Positions 26,257-43,377 of a DNA stretch of 64,000 nt are shown here, piece by piece. The DNA lies in contig CAVNZM010000016.1 of NCBI GenBank assembly GCA_963693365.1, forward strand, positions 3,127,957-3,191,956, in the 5' to 3' direction. Each line of letters begins with the position of its first letter. The stretch's first letter is position 1. The position numbers and the translations under genes are program-made. The DNA is from Amoebidium appalachense. Lineage: Eukaryota > Protista > Ichthyosporea. The notes beneath the pieces are model-generated. The model was given only the letters and a program-made list of their open reading frames with translations, had not been told where the DNA came from and did not search any database.

Positions 26257-28516
26257 CATCCGCGCACATCCACGCACGTGTGCGATGACAGCAAACTGTT
26301 TCGAGCCGTAAAGAAACGTGGCACTCAAACACATAAAAAGGCTCCAGAACAACCCAACTGTAAAATAGCCAGACTCTGCCGAGGTTCCTGTACAGTTCCA
26401 CCTGTGAGCAAGCAGTGCTGACGGGTAGTGTTGCAGGTTGCCATCCACCGTGAGAACCGCCAGGTCGACATGATGGATATGAGCCTGCTGCAGGACTTGA
26501 ACACTGGCGGTGGGTTCCTCCGCATCCAGTTAGCATGGTGTGCTTTCTGCCTAGGGTTGGTGGTGGGAGACGTGCATGGCCGCCCCTATCTCCCACATTT
26601 TGTCTAATTGTTGGAAAAATATCTAGTGCTGGATGTGCCTAATTCACCATGGTACTTAGACCGTGGGGGTTATGTGGCATGTCTTAGCACCAGTCATTCA
26701 TTTCAAAGACGGCTGCTTTATTTATATTTTTTTAAACCATATTCAAGGTCAGAACCAATCTTGTCGTATCAACCTTCCTCCCACGTGCCCTCACCAGCAT
26801 AATTCTAACACACGTATCAAACCCCGTGCAGCTGCCACGCTGAACCCCCTCGGTGCCGCGCCCGCGCCCGCCCCCGTCTCTGACCCAATCCTTGCCGCCC
26901 CTGCCATGCCTGTCACCGACCCCTTGGCCGCTGCCGCTCCTGCTGCTGCCCCGGCCGTGCCAGTATCCGCCCCACTCACCGACCCCTCCCTGTCTGCTCC
27001 CCCAACAACCGACATAAGTGCAGGGGTACCCTCTGTCGGTGCCACGGCCCCTCTTGGCGGTGCGGCGCCTCTTGGCAGCACCACCGGTGCAGCTGCTCCG
27101 GCTGCCCCCGCTGCCCCCGTCAACAAGGGTGCAGTGCGGGCAATGCAGCGCGGGCCACTGGCCAGCCTCGACCACAAGGTGGCCAAGCCCCTCGCAGGCG
27201 CACGTACCATTGGAACGAGCACACCAGGTGGGTGCAGGTGACTGTTGTGTGTGAATATCTGGGTGCCAATTCTAACGCGTATGTGTTATGCGCAGGTGAC
27301 CTTTCTGACGGACAGGTGTCTGGCGTTGCCGACTACGTTGCCAAGTATCCCAAAGGTATGTGTCTCCCCGATCAAAACCCAAGAGAATAAGTATGTGCAG
27401 GGAGGAGGTAGTGTAACATGGGGTATTGTACATGCCAAGCTCTGACGTGGTGTGTGTGTGGTGTAGAAAGGGGGTGGTGCTGACTGGGACCTTTTTGCTG
27501 CAGCTGCCATGAAGGAGGACGACACCTGGACCACGGGCACCACAGACACCGTCGTGCTCACCAACTCATGTGGCCACAAGGTACGGCTTGGTGCTGCAAG
27601 GCATATTTTCCTTTCTCCCCCCCCCCCCCCCCCCCCCCCCCCTCCCCCACCCCATTTTTGGTTTGTTTTTATAACTATTAGCCATGATGCATCGGTTACT
27701 ACCACCCCATGTTTCCCAACCATTTGCACGACAAAACAACAGAGTGATTTTCCAGTGCTTTCCAATTGCTGATTTTAAATGCTCGATTCCTTCTTTAGTT
27801 CGTTTTCTCTCCGTTCCCCCTGCCAGTAGATGTAGTTCGTGAAGTTCGTGGCGTGTATGTGTGTGCGTGTGCATGTGCGGTGTGTGTGTCACACCGTGTT
27901 TTGTGCTCTCGTAAGCACACACAGAGTCAAGTAACTCTGGTGTGTGCACACTTATCCCATGGATACCCACTGACGCATGCTTCCAGCTCGTTCTTGGTGC
28001 CGACTCCAATGTGCGCATTGTGGATCCTGCCGGCGGTCTGGACATCTACTCCCTCAACACCGCCGGTGTCTTCCCCGGTGGCGCCCACCTTGTGGTGAGT
28101 ATCGCATGTGTGCTAATTATCCATCTTTTGCGGAGAGGGCGGGAGGTGGGAGGGGGGGGAGCTAATGGTGAACTACCTGCAAGACTGTGCGCGTTATTAG
28201 TAGTAGTTATTGTGACAGATAGAGCATTTCGGGCCACTGTTCCCGTATACACTGACACCGGGGGTGTGCTTTGCAGTTCAAGAACGGCAAGATCCAGATG
28301 TACATTGCACGCCGCCGCACACGCATTGCCAAGGTGTCTCTGCCCGAGAACACCAACAAGGGCAAGATGGCCGTTTTGACCCGCCAAGGCATTCTGGCCG
28401 TGGTCGACGGCGCCGGCAGCGTCCTGTGGCAGAGCAAAACCCCCGTTTCTCCTGTGACTTGCAACGATGCGGCTCCCGCTGCCGCTGCTGCCCCAAGTAG
28501 CCGCACACAGCTGTAA
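25435..28516 (+). CDS. Secreted Pro/Ala/Thr-rich protein with C-terminal bulb-type (GNA-like) lectin-like domain
   Basis: Exons approx. 25435-25509 (signal peptide MSFRNVFVLAALAALASA), 26832-27228 (AAPAPAP-rich), 27296-27355, 27467-27580, 27988-28094 (LVLGADSNVRIVD...IYSLNTAG...AHLV), 28277-28516 (FKNGKIQMY...AVLTRQGILAVVDGAGSVLWQSKT...*). Splice phases are consistent. The three-fold beta-prism II-like pattern ends in LWQS.T. Confidence 0.8.
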
Positions 28517-28553
28517 ATGTTTGGTGAGAGGGGGAAGGGAGGTGTGTGTGTGT

Positions 28554-28584
<31 letters not shown>

Positions 28585-29105
28585 GGGGGGGGAGGATGGA
28601 CTTTACCTCACCCGCATATAATTGACTAAGTCTGTTTGACGTATGTATGGCTTGGGGCCTGGCAAACCCGCCCGGCAACAAGTACCCAAGCATGTCTGTT
28701 TTTTGTTGCTTGGTTTATAAGAATGTTTTGTTTCAACATGAACCAGTGGTTGGTGCTATACTGCCACGGTATATCTAGATCTATCACTGTGATTCTAGCG
28801 ATTGCGGGACATGTTTTCAAGTTTCACTATTCTCATAATGTATAACAGAGCCAAAACAAGCTCTGAGATATGATGTTTCAACAGAAATAATTCTATTTAA
28901 CTATGTTGCATAACAGGGCTTTCAGCCCTGCTTACCCCATGATCAAGTACTCCACCTAGGGCTCAGTAGTCACCTAGGTGGGTACGACGGCCATGGTTAC
29001 GGAAGCTGGGCTTCCCAACATGTGCACAAGTTCACAACCCGCAAGCAAATATGAACGAAGCAAAAATTTGGAATCTCGGACATTGGAAGAATGTGTGTTT
29101 GTGTG

Positions 29106-29153
<48 letters not shown>

Positions 29154-29305
29154 ATTCCTTGGCGTAGTGGCCACGGTATTCCGCATCCATAAGGGTTGGG
29201 AAGCTGAATGTGTGTAAAATCCATGTTTTATATGGTGGTCCTCGTCTGCGCTACCATTCGAGCCTCTCTGAGCATTCAGTGTTACTCTGCAAGCGTGCGG
29301 AGCGC

Positions 29306-29339
<34 letters not shown>

Positions 29340-29804
29340 CCCCAGCCGCTTTCTTGTCGATAACGCACGCCCGGCGGCTGCATTTACACACTGATCACAT
29401 ACTCAAGGCTGCCGGCACCCACACCTGCACACATACAGAATTCGAAACGTGCATGCTTTTTCGTGCGCACATCGTAACGTACTACACGCACCTAACATAA
29501 TCCAAGCCGGAGGTATGTACGTGACTGTACAAACATGTGCGCCCACACACACACATACACACACACGTGCGCACTGTGACATGGATACGAACACACGGCA
29601 CACACGCACGCACACACTCGCACACACATGCACACATACTGGCACACGTGCACACGCACTGCACGCACACACACGTGCATGCCCGTGCATACACACGTGC
29701 ATGCAAACACACACACAGTGTCACATGCTGGCACACGTGTAATCAAACACACACATATGTACACACACATGCACGCACACACATAAACGCACACTTGTGG
29801 CGCG

Positions 29805-29851
<47 letters not shown>

Positions 29852-30020
29852 CAGACACACACACACACACACACTTGAAACACACACGTTCACACACACA
29901 TACTACGTTCACGCACACACATACACATGCACACGGGCACGTGCACGCACACACACATGTACATGGCGCGCGAACACACACACACACACACACACGTGCA
30001 CACATACACACACATTATAT

Positions 30021-30090
<70 letters not shown>

Positions 30091-32431
30091 GCACACACAC
30101 TTGTACACACTGCACACACACACCCACACGGTTGCAGGCACGCCCGCCCACCCGCCCGCACGCACGCCCACCCGCCCGCTTGCCCGGCCGCCGCGTATGC
30201 ACGTACGCACGCACAGTGTCATGTTCATGCACAACACGGACACACACGAAGGACCTTGTGGAAATTCAATAAAGCGGTGCTACACTGTTGCAGAACATGT
30301 GCATGTGCGCATGAACACCGGTCACTGAGACTGAATATATTTTTGAGTTAAATTCTAAATTCCTTTCATTATTTAAGTTTTCAATGCATGCATGTGTGTG
30401 TGTGTGTGTGTGTGTCACGTGTGTGTGTGTGTGTGTGGGTGGGTGGGGGAGGGGGGGGGGGGGGGGGGGGGGGGGGATGACACCATTTTTCGCTCAGTAT
30501 ATACATTTTGCTACTTTGTGCTGATAGCCGCATAATTGCTGGCTCTGATGCATTGAGGGGGTTCGGCGCAAAAAAATCTAGACACTTCAAACCGTGTAGT
30601 TACAAGCTCAAATACGGCAACATTGTATTCACCAGAGGTCACATTGACTATACGAACACATACTTCGAATTCATTTACTGTACAAAGAGCAATCTAAGAC
30701 CAATTTGTCCAGTCGCAAACCATTTGAGCTTTTAAGTATGCTGCAACAAGATGGAATAAAAACGAGATACCTCTGATAAAAACGCGAGCCCATGTGGAGG
30801 GGAACCAAACTGGTAAGTGATCAAAGCTGAGAAGGCAAAATAAATAAATAAATAAATAAATAAATAAAGAACAAACTGGAAATAATAGAAAGGTGGCTTC
30901 CGAATTCAAACGACTACCAAAACAGCAGCGTTACACAAAGTTAAGTTCAAGTTAAAAAATTTACGCTGAAGTTAAACTTCTACTGTAGCTTTAGTGAAAA
31001 TTTGTGCGTGATGTGTGTTGTGTGTGCAGATGCATGCTGTGTAGCAGTCTGCATATGATGTGTATCTTCACATGACATTGTGCGCCTGCTCTTATGTACA
31101 AGACGTGTGTGTGTGTCTGAGCATGTGTATACGTGCAGGCCAGTATGTGTGTAATAACGCACGTGCTTGTGCTTGTAGACTAAGAACAGAGAACAGTGTG
31201 TGTGGAACGTGTTGATGTGTACGCACCATAGCCCGGGTTGTATGTCTCTTATTGTGCACATGCACGGTGTGCAAGTTGTGCATGCTGGAATGTATGCTCA
31301 CATGCCTAACAAAATCTTCCAGCACGTGAACCCAACACACCATCTCCCAGACCCGGCATTTTAGCCATCACACGTACGGTAGCAGAGTGCCGTGTGGATC
31401 ACTCAACCGATGTAACCCTCGGAGCCCACCACTAGTCTGCTCCTCGGCGTTGTCGGGTCAATGGCCCCAGTTTCCAGCTTTGCGCTGCACACACAGAGGT
31501 TGTCAGATTCCTGCCCCCCCCCCCCCCCCCCCCCCTATTTATTATTATTATTATTATTATTATTTTTTTTTTTTTTTTGGGGGGGGGGGGGGGGGGTTAA
31601 GGGGGTTCCCTTTAGGTTTTCGGGCCGGGCCGGGTCAGAGGGAATTCTAGCTATATGATTGGCCGGCTGCGCATCAGCTGCGCACCTTCGTTTTGCCCGC
31701 AGCAAGGTTCAGGTGCGCCATATTACAACAAAAAAGAAAAAGAAAAGAGAAAAAAAAAAGAATTAAAGAAGGGAATAATAATAATAATGTGTTAGGAAGA
31801 AAATTGCAGTTCATATCGTAATTTATATGCTGAACAAATGGCTTGACCCGGATGTGCTGGAATGGGGACAATTAATCGGCCTAAAAGAAACCCCCTTTAA
31901 GGTCACATTGCACACCCCAAACCATGATCGGTCCGGGAAAAACAACAGCCAGGTAAAAGCGACCAAAAAAGTCTTTGGTTACCATATTTGGTCCGGATTG
32001 CGGCCACATGATTCGCGTGCGACTGGCTACCAACCAGAAAGCCTCTTCTGGCAAAGGGGTTACTAGTACTCTCATCAAAGTTTTCAAAATCGTTTCTTTT
32101 TCTTTTTTTTCTTGGAGATTTTGAATCCCGTCAAAGCCTCTGCTTACACATAAAGGACATGCACTTCAACAACACCCATGCAACAGATAGATCAGAGAAT
32201 TTTTTTTAGAATTCCCTGGTAAGGTGTCTGGCAGTTCGGAACAGAGATGTCAAAAAAGAGACCCGCGGCAGGTAGGAACTGAAAAATGCTACATGGATCC
32301 TTGTGCACACAGTCGGCCGACAGTTGTCTAACACGTTTGGAAGCTTGCAAATGGTGTGCATGCAGCGTGGATGGTGGTTGTGGTTTTGGTCGTGTTGGTG
32401 GTGATGGTGTGTGCTAGCTCGAGCCCGTGCG

Positions 32432-32497
<66 letters not shown>

Positions 32498-32563
32498 GGG
32501 GGGGGTGGGGGTGGGGGGGTGGGGGTGGAGGGGGGGAGCAGGTCAAGGGCACCATGTGCGTAC

Positions 32564-36669
<4,106 letters not shown>

Positions 36670-36900
36670 GGTTGCGGGATGGTGGATGGAGAGAGGGCAT
36701 TGACTTCGCACATGCGAGGCTCGGGGTCTGACTCATATGCATGGCCCAGTCTCGTCTAGAGTATACATTGTGATTTCATAGTGGGCACCTCCACCCACTG
36801 GGCCGACTCCCGAGGTTTGGTGACGTCACTTCGCGAGGGGCTACAGTCTGCAAACTTATGCACTCGCACAACTGACCCTGTCAACTACTGAGGTGACTCG

Positions 36901-36999
36901 TATTTTTCCTTACACACACAGCGAACACTGGACTCTCGGGACCATAGAGCCGCCGCGAGAGAAAGCATGCACGCGGTCGCGAGAGTGTAAGGAAAAATA
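36901..36999. repeat. About 100-bp inverted repeat/hairpin in the spacer between the divergent F-box genes
   Basis: TATTTTTCCTTACAC (36901-36915) is the perfect reverse complement of GTGTAAGGAAAAATA (36985-36999). Inner arms ACTCTCGGGACC / GGTCGCGAGAGT pair with one mismatch. Confidence 0.8.
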
Positions 37000-37193
37000 G
37001 TGGGTGTGAGGCGAACGGCAAGTCCATAGCAGCCCAGGCACCGTCAGTACGTGCCAGCAACTGACCATATGCGCTACCACCTACTGAGGCGGTGTCTCCT
37101 TTCTTTTTTTTTTTTTTTTTTTTTTTTGCTTAAAAGGGCCGCCTGAAGTAGATGTATAACGTCGCACGTGCGGCAACACGTCAGTACGTGTTA

Positions 37194-37392
37194 GCCATAT
37201 GCGGACACACACAGCCCGGAGTTATTGTTCTTATATCTCTGGTTGTTTATCAAAACTTCTTTCTTGCGCCCCAAACCTTGCTTACACTGACAACTGACCA
37301 TATGCGGACACACGCAGCCCGGAGTTATTGTTCTTATTTCTCTGGTTGTTTATTAAAAACTTCTCTCTTGCGCTTTAAACCTTGCCTACAGT
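37194..37392. repeat. Tandem duplication of about 103 bp upstream of F-box copy B
   Basis: CCATATGCGGACACAC.CAGCCCGGAGTTATTGTTCTTAT.TCTCTGGTTGTTTAT...AAACCTTGC.TACA occurs twice. Confidence 0.85.
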
Positions 37393-37468
37393 ATGACGGG
37401 TACCGGAGCCCTCCGTTAAATTTCAGACCCAAGTGAGGTTCCCTCTCTCCGGCCACCACTTAGCAACC

Positions 37469-38194
37469 ATGGCGCCTCGTTTCTCCTCTGCCCCCTTATT
37501 GCCAGCAGACCCACAGGCAGGTGCGTGTCTTAGTGTGTTCATGTTGTGTGCACACAGCCGTTTGCGCTTTGCCTTTTGTGCTGCCAACTCGTTTTGCTGT
37601 GCTACCCCCGCCCCCCCCCCCCCCCTCCCCTCCCCCCCCCCTCCCCTCCCCCCCCCTCCCCCTCCCCCTCCCCCGCCCCTCCCCCCCCCCCCCCCCCGGC
37701 CGCTCCTTCTCCTGTCTCCTCGAAAAACCGACTGAGGAATGTTCTTGAGCTCTCTTCTTCCTACTCTGCACCCGAAAGACTATCGGCCCTCTCCTGACGT
37801 TCCCTTGCTGCTCATCGTTTGCTTTCCATGCTGGACCATCTGTGAAGCCCACCTGATCCCCCCCTCCCTCCCCCAAACACGCACACACACCCTCCATTTC
37901 CCACTACCTCCGTTACCTGCGCTGCCCTCTCCTGCCCATACTCTCTTTTGCATTTGCACAGCTTCGGAGCTGCACATGCCCTAAGTTGCCATGAAGTGTC
38001 CATTCTCGTGCCCCATGTATATTGGCACAATACACCTGATCGGCATATGAATCCTACACCTCTCCTCCCTCATTTTAACTATGCACCTGCCGTCATATGC
38101 TCTTCTTGTGCCCGCCGTTTCCCGATTTGTTGTTGGGCTTTACAAGCGTTGGTGTCTTGCCTTCCTGCCTGTGTTGTGTGCGTGCCTGCGTGTG

Positions 38195-38230
<36 letters not shown>

Positions 38231-38286
38231 TGTGTGCGTGCGTGCGTGCGCGGGTTCGTGTTTGAGTGGGTGTGCAGTGTGTGTGT

Positions 38287-38354
<68 letters not shown>

Positions 38355-39283
38355 CTATGTATGTGTGCCTGTGTGTTTTTATTTGTATGTGTCTCGTGTG
38401 TGTGTATACGTGTGGGCATATGCATATGAGGGAGGGGAAGGGGAGGATGGGAGGTAGGGAGGCAGAGATGGCTGGAGTGCCTGTGGGCCACACGGTCGCC
38501 TGGTTGGGGGTGAGGGTGGGGCTTGTTATGTGGTGCAGGTGTTACTTTGCTTTTTTGTTTGTGTTCGAGCGTGTGTGGTGTTGCATATGTGTGCGACTGT
38601 GGCCTGTGTGTGTGTCAACGCACACGCGCGCATGTGTGTGTTTGTGTGTATGTGTGTGTGTCTGTGTCTGTATGCCGGTGGACATGTGTGTGGTTGTGTG
38701 GGTGGGTGGGTGGGTGGGTGGGTGGGTGGGTGGGTGGGTGTGGGTGTGGGTGTGTGGGTGCACACAGATGTTCTGGGGGGTATCACAATGAGTCATTTTT
38801 TGTGTGTCGGTGGTTGTGTATGAACATGTTTTGCCCCACTTTGTGTGTTTGTGTGTGTGTGGTTGTGGCTCTGATGTGTACGTGTTCGAATGTGTGTCCA
38901 TACTATTGCAGGGGTGGATGTGTTTATGTGTCTGTTAATCTGCACCTCCCCCCCCCCCCCCCCCCTCCCCCTTCCCTGCTCGCCCCCTCACCCAAACAAA
39001 AGAGGAGGAGGGGGGGGGGTTGCTTTACAACACTTGCTTTCACACGTGTCTTTTTCACTGCACACATGAGCACACAAAAAAACACACACACACACACACA
39101 CACACTGACACACACACTCTCTCTGTCTCCACTCCCCCCCCCCCCCCTCCCACCCTCCCCGTCTTTCTCTATGTCTTCCTCTGCAAGCAAGTACTCACAC
39201 ATCCCCCACCTCCCCTCCCCCCCCCCCCCCCCCCCCCCGCAAAAACACACAGACACACGCATACACACTCGCACACACGCACG

Positions 39284-39373
<90 letters not shown>

Positions 39374-41449
39374 CACGCTGACCTTTGGTCATCCACCTCC
39401 ATTACTTACCCCTTCCCCCTTTATCGATATGTGCATGCATGCTCACGTGCATGCACATATCCATACAAAAGTCCCCTTTCAAGCGCCCATACAAGCGCCC
39501 AAACACCAGCACATGTGCCCCCCCCCCCCCCTCCCCCCCCCCCCCCCTCCCTCCCCCCTCCATTCACCCACTGCACGTGCTGACACACGTCCATCCCCAG
39601 GCTGCCCCCTAGCCCACCTCCCACCCGAGACCCGCGCCCACATTGTGAGCTTTCTGGGGCTGCAAGACAGGGCCCGGCTGTCGCAGACATGCCGCCACAT
39701 GGCCCACTTGGCCCGCAGTTCACTGCCCGGCACAGTCACACTGCAGCTGCCCCCGGGGGACGTGGACGGAGATGAAAGCAATAACAGGGCACCACAGGCG
39801 TGGAGAATTCAACTCTTTCGGTTTCTCGGGGGATGGGCCCCATCTTTTGGGACTGTTTGCATCCACTTTCGGTATTTGTGCCGGGAATTCGGGGTCGGCG
39901 AAAACAACACTGACGGAACATTCGAGTTTGCCCTTGGGTGCTTGGCCAGTAGGCTGGCAGCGGCTCCGAACGTCAATGCATTGGTGTGGATCGGTGGGGA
40001 TGACGATATGTCTAAAACTTTCGAGTACACGTGTGTGCGCATTGTGCTCGAGCAGATGGGTGGGCTGCTTGGCGGGTTAGGCTGGAGGCAGCTGTGTGCC
40101 TGGAGTCGGCATGTTTCGATGCGGTGTGGCGAATCTGCCTAAACCTGGTTGCCCTCGATATGGTCAAGTGTGAGATACCCACATCTGGTTGGGCGGCCAA
40201 GCCAAACATGCGCACATTCCTTGCAGAAGGGTGCACTCGTGATGGGGATTTTATCCTTACCCTTCCGTTTTCCCTCGTTGAGAGCATGCCGAACATAACC
40301 AGGCTGTGTTTAATTGGGGAAGTCATACCTGACGATATCCCGCAGCTGGTGCAAGCAGTGAGCATGTGCACCCTGCTTAGGTCTCTGATCCTCCGTTTCA
40401 ATTTCGTCCCTCCTCCATATTTAGATGCACCGCTTCAAGGCATGATCGACCTCTCCCCACTTGCCTCGTGCACACGTATCGAAATCTTCAGCATGTATAT
40501 CGGCAATACCAACTTGCGATGGCACGCAAACAACATGCCAGACTTTCCAAGCCTTCGCCAAGTACGTGTAGAGCTATTATCCGGTCGTCCATCGTTTTCG
40601 TCTATGCAGCTGACCAGCATAAGACTTAAAGGGCCCTTGCCACAAACAGGACAAGTCCTTGAAGTCGACATCCCAACCCATCACGTCCGGCGGTTGGATT
40701 TGGGCTTTGTTCGATGGCCCAATGCAAGCGTGCAGCTTGGGAACATGAAAATGTTGGAGGACCTACGTCTACGGAAGTGTGATTTGGTGGCCACCAAAGG
40801 TGATGAGGTAAATCTAGCCAATCACCCACGCCTGTGTTTGCTCAGTTTCACGAACATGGCCGTGGTGAGTCTGGGTGTGGCCCCACCACAGGGTCTATCG
40901 AGGCTGCAGAGCATATATGTCTCTTCGTGTCCAAACCTCGCCGACATTAGCGCAATAGCCGGTAGCTCGGTGAAAGAGGTTTCCCTTCGGCTCGGTGAAA
41001 TACACGGCTTGAGAGACCTGAACGGCGTTGTTGGCTGCACACACCTCCAGAGATTGGTAGTGCAGGCCTTGCCTTTGTCCAACATTGACGGGTTGGCCGG
41101 CCTACCTGTTACCCACGTTACTTTGTGGAATTCCCGGACGCTCGATAGTGTCGCACCACTGGCAAACTGCCCACAACTGCATGATGTCGCAATAAGTAGC
41201 ATGCCCAACCTGCGCGACATTAGCCCCATAAGTCGATGCCAGCAACTAAGGTATATATCTCTATCTTATCTTCTGGTGGTCGATATATCCAGCCTGGCCG
41301 GGCATCCATCACTCCTGAACCTGGCACTGTGGGGCATGGCGCATGTGAGCGTGAAGGTGTTGGCGGTGTGCCCGAAGCTGTCTGGCTTATGGGTCGAGCC
41401 CGCCCTGGCAGATGGCTCGGACGTACACTTGTGCCAACTCATTGCCCAG
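37469..41449 (+). CDS. F-box/LRR-repeat protein copy B (one apparent frameshift near 40070; 3' end not resolved)
   Basis: Exon 1 [18 protein letters not shown] (37469-37520) splices in phase to 39601: [37 protein letters not shown] (F-box). LRRs of type LxDLSPLAxCxxLxxL run to the donor at 41449/41450. Confidence 0.8.
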
Positions 41450-41719
41450 GTAGGCTTGAGCCCTTTGATTCCCTCCCCCCCCCCCCCCCCCCCCCCTCTC
41501 CCCCCACCCCCCTCCCCCACCATGCATATATGTGCGCGTGTGCGTGCGCGCGTGCCTGTGCGGGTGCCTGTGCGGGTGCGTGTGCGTGTGTGTGTGTGCG
41601 CGCGCGCGTGTGTGTGTGCGTGTGTGTGTGGGCCGCGGTGTGTGTGTGTGTGACTTGTGCAAACAAGTGTGCATCCATGTATAGGGCTGGTCATCCTTTT
41701 TGTCTTTGCACTGAACAAG

Positions 41720-42565
41720 TCTAACACTTAAAGGGCACTCGGTTCCTCGGGCAGAGAGTGAAGCAGAAAAAGTGCTCGAGGTTGACATATCTTCCTGCCG
41801 TGTCCGGCGGTTGGATTTGGACTGTGTGCGGTGGCCCAAAGCAAGCAAGCAGGTTGGGAACATCAAACGGTTGGAAAATCTCAGCCTACAGGAGTGTGAC
41901 TTAGTGGGCAATGACGGGACGGTATATCTGGCCAACCATCCTCACCTGTGTACGCTCATCATCAAGCACATGCCCGTGATGAGTCTGGGTGTGGCCCCAC
42001 CCCAGGGCGTATCGAGCCTGCGAACGGTCTGGATCGAAAATTGCCCAAACCTCGCCGACATCGGCATATTGGCGGGTAGCTCGGTGAAAGACATCATCGT
42101 GGACGAAACGAGCGGTTTGAGAGACCTGAGCGGCGTTGTTGGCTGCACGAGTCTGCAGGACTTGACGGTGTACTCACCGTCTCTGTCCAACATTGACGGG
42201 TAACCGTTGTCGGGCCTACCCATAACCAGTCTTGTGTTGCAGAGTTCCCGGACGCTCGATAGCGTTGGCCCACTAGCCAACTGCCCTCGGCTGCATGGTA
42301 TCGAGCTGGGTGACATGCCCAACCTGCACGACATCAGGATTCTCTCTCGCTGCCCACGGATGGAATATTTGCACCTATCCTCACTCCCACGGGCCGACCT
42401 TTCTAGTCTGGCCGGGCACCCATCGCTGGTGGAGCTCCATATGAACGAAATGAAACATGCGAGTGTGGGGACATTAGATACGTGCCCGAAACTGCGGCGG
42501 GTTGACATCTGGCCCGTTCTTGCAGATCGTTCGGACAAGCGCTTGCAGCGAATCATTGCAAAAGT
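41720..42565 (+). pseudogene. Partial tandem duplicate (copy C) of the LRR 3' half, with an in-frame stop
   Basis: LEVDISSCRVRRLDLDCVRWPKAS...LSNIDG*(TAA 42201-42203)...LDSVGPLANCPRL...SSLAGHPSL is collinear with 40625-41449. No F-box or start codon. Confidence 0.85.
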
Positions 42566-42572
42566 GTGCATG

Positions 42573-42607
<35 letters not shown>

Positions 42608-43021
42608 CCCCCCCTCCCCCCGCCTCCCACCTCCCCCCGTTCCGTTTGCTGGTGTTGGATAATTGATTGTGTTTGCCTTTACATGTGTCCTGCATCGTGT
42701 TTCTCATCGTAGTTGTAATTCGAAACCGTGTTCCGCATTCCCCCCTCCCCCCCCCCCCCCCCCCCCCCCCCCCCACACACACACCCCTTGGCCTCCCCAC
42801 GTGCATCAGCAAAACCCCAAACGTGAACAACCAGTCTCGTGATTGGAGCGCATCACCTTTTTTGAAGTTCAGTGGTTGCGTAAAAAGGAGCAAATGTGTC
42901 GCATGGTGTACATGGCTGCATTTTTCTTTGGTTGCCAAATTGGAATTTGCTATCACTGATTGGTTCGGCTAGGGACTGCAGGACACATAGTGTACGATAA
43001 GATTTACTAGAACCATAAGAA

Positions 43022-43377
43022 CAGGGGGGTGACTGAAATTTGGATTATAGGAAAATTGGTTAACCCTGCCAACTCGGATGGATTTTTATGAGCCTCCCCC
43101 CCCCCCCCCCCCCCCCTCCCCTCCCCCCCCTCCCCCCCGCCCCACACGCACATGCACGCACACGCACACGCATGCACACGCACAAGCAGGCACACACACA
43201 TGCACGCACACGCACACACGCACATACATACGCACACGCACACCCACACCCACACCCACACACACACACACACACACCGACGTAGTTCAAGAACACGAGT
43301 GCTATGGTCGGTCGAAAATTTCAGATAATTAGCCCCATCTTTAGGGTAGCCATCTTCTTAATTTCAGTCACCCTCTG
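43022..43377. mobile_element. Tc1/mariner-like MITE
   Basis: TIRs CAGGGGGGTGACTGAAATT and (reverse complement) CAGAGGGTGACTGAAATT. TA follows the right end (43378-43379); the left flank is AA. The interior is non-coding with poly-C and CA repeats. Confidence 0.65.

Noticed and set aside
30500-32070. Short AT-rich ORFs (30508-30735, 31827-32066) and a CpG/CCAAT patch at about 31620-31720
   Set aside because: No recognisable domain or consistent exon chain; cannot support a gene call.
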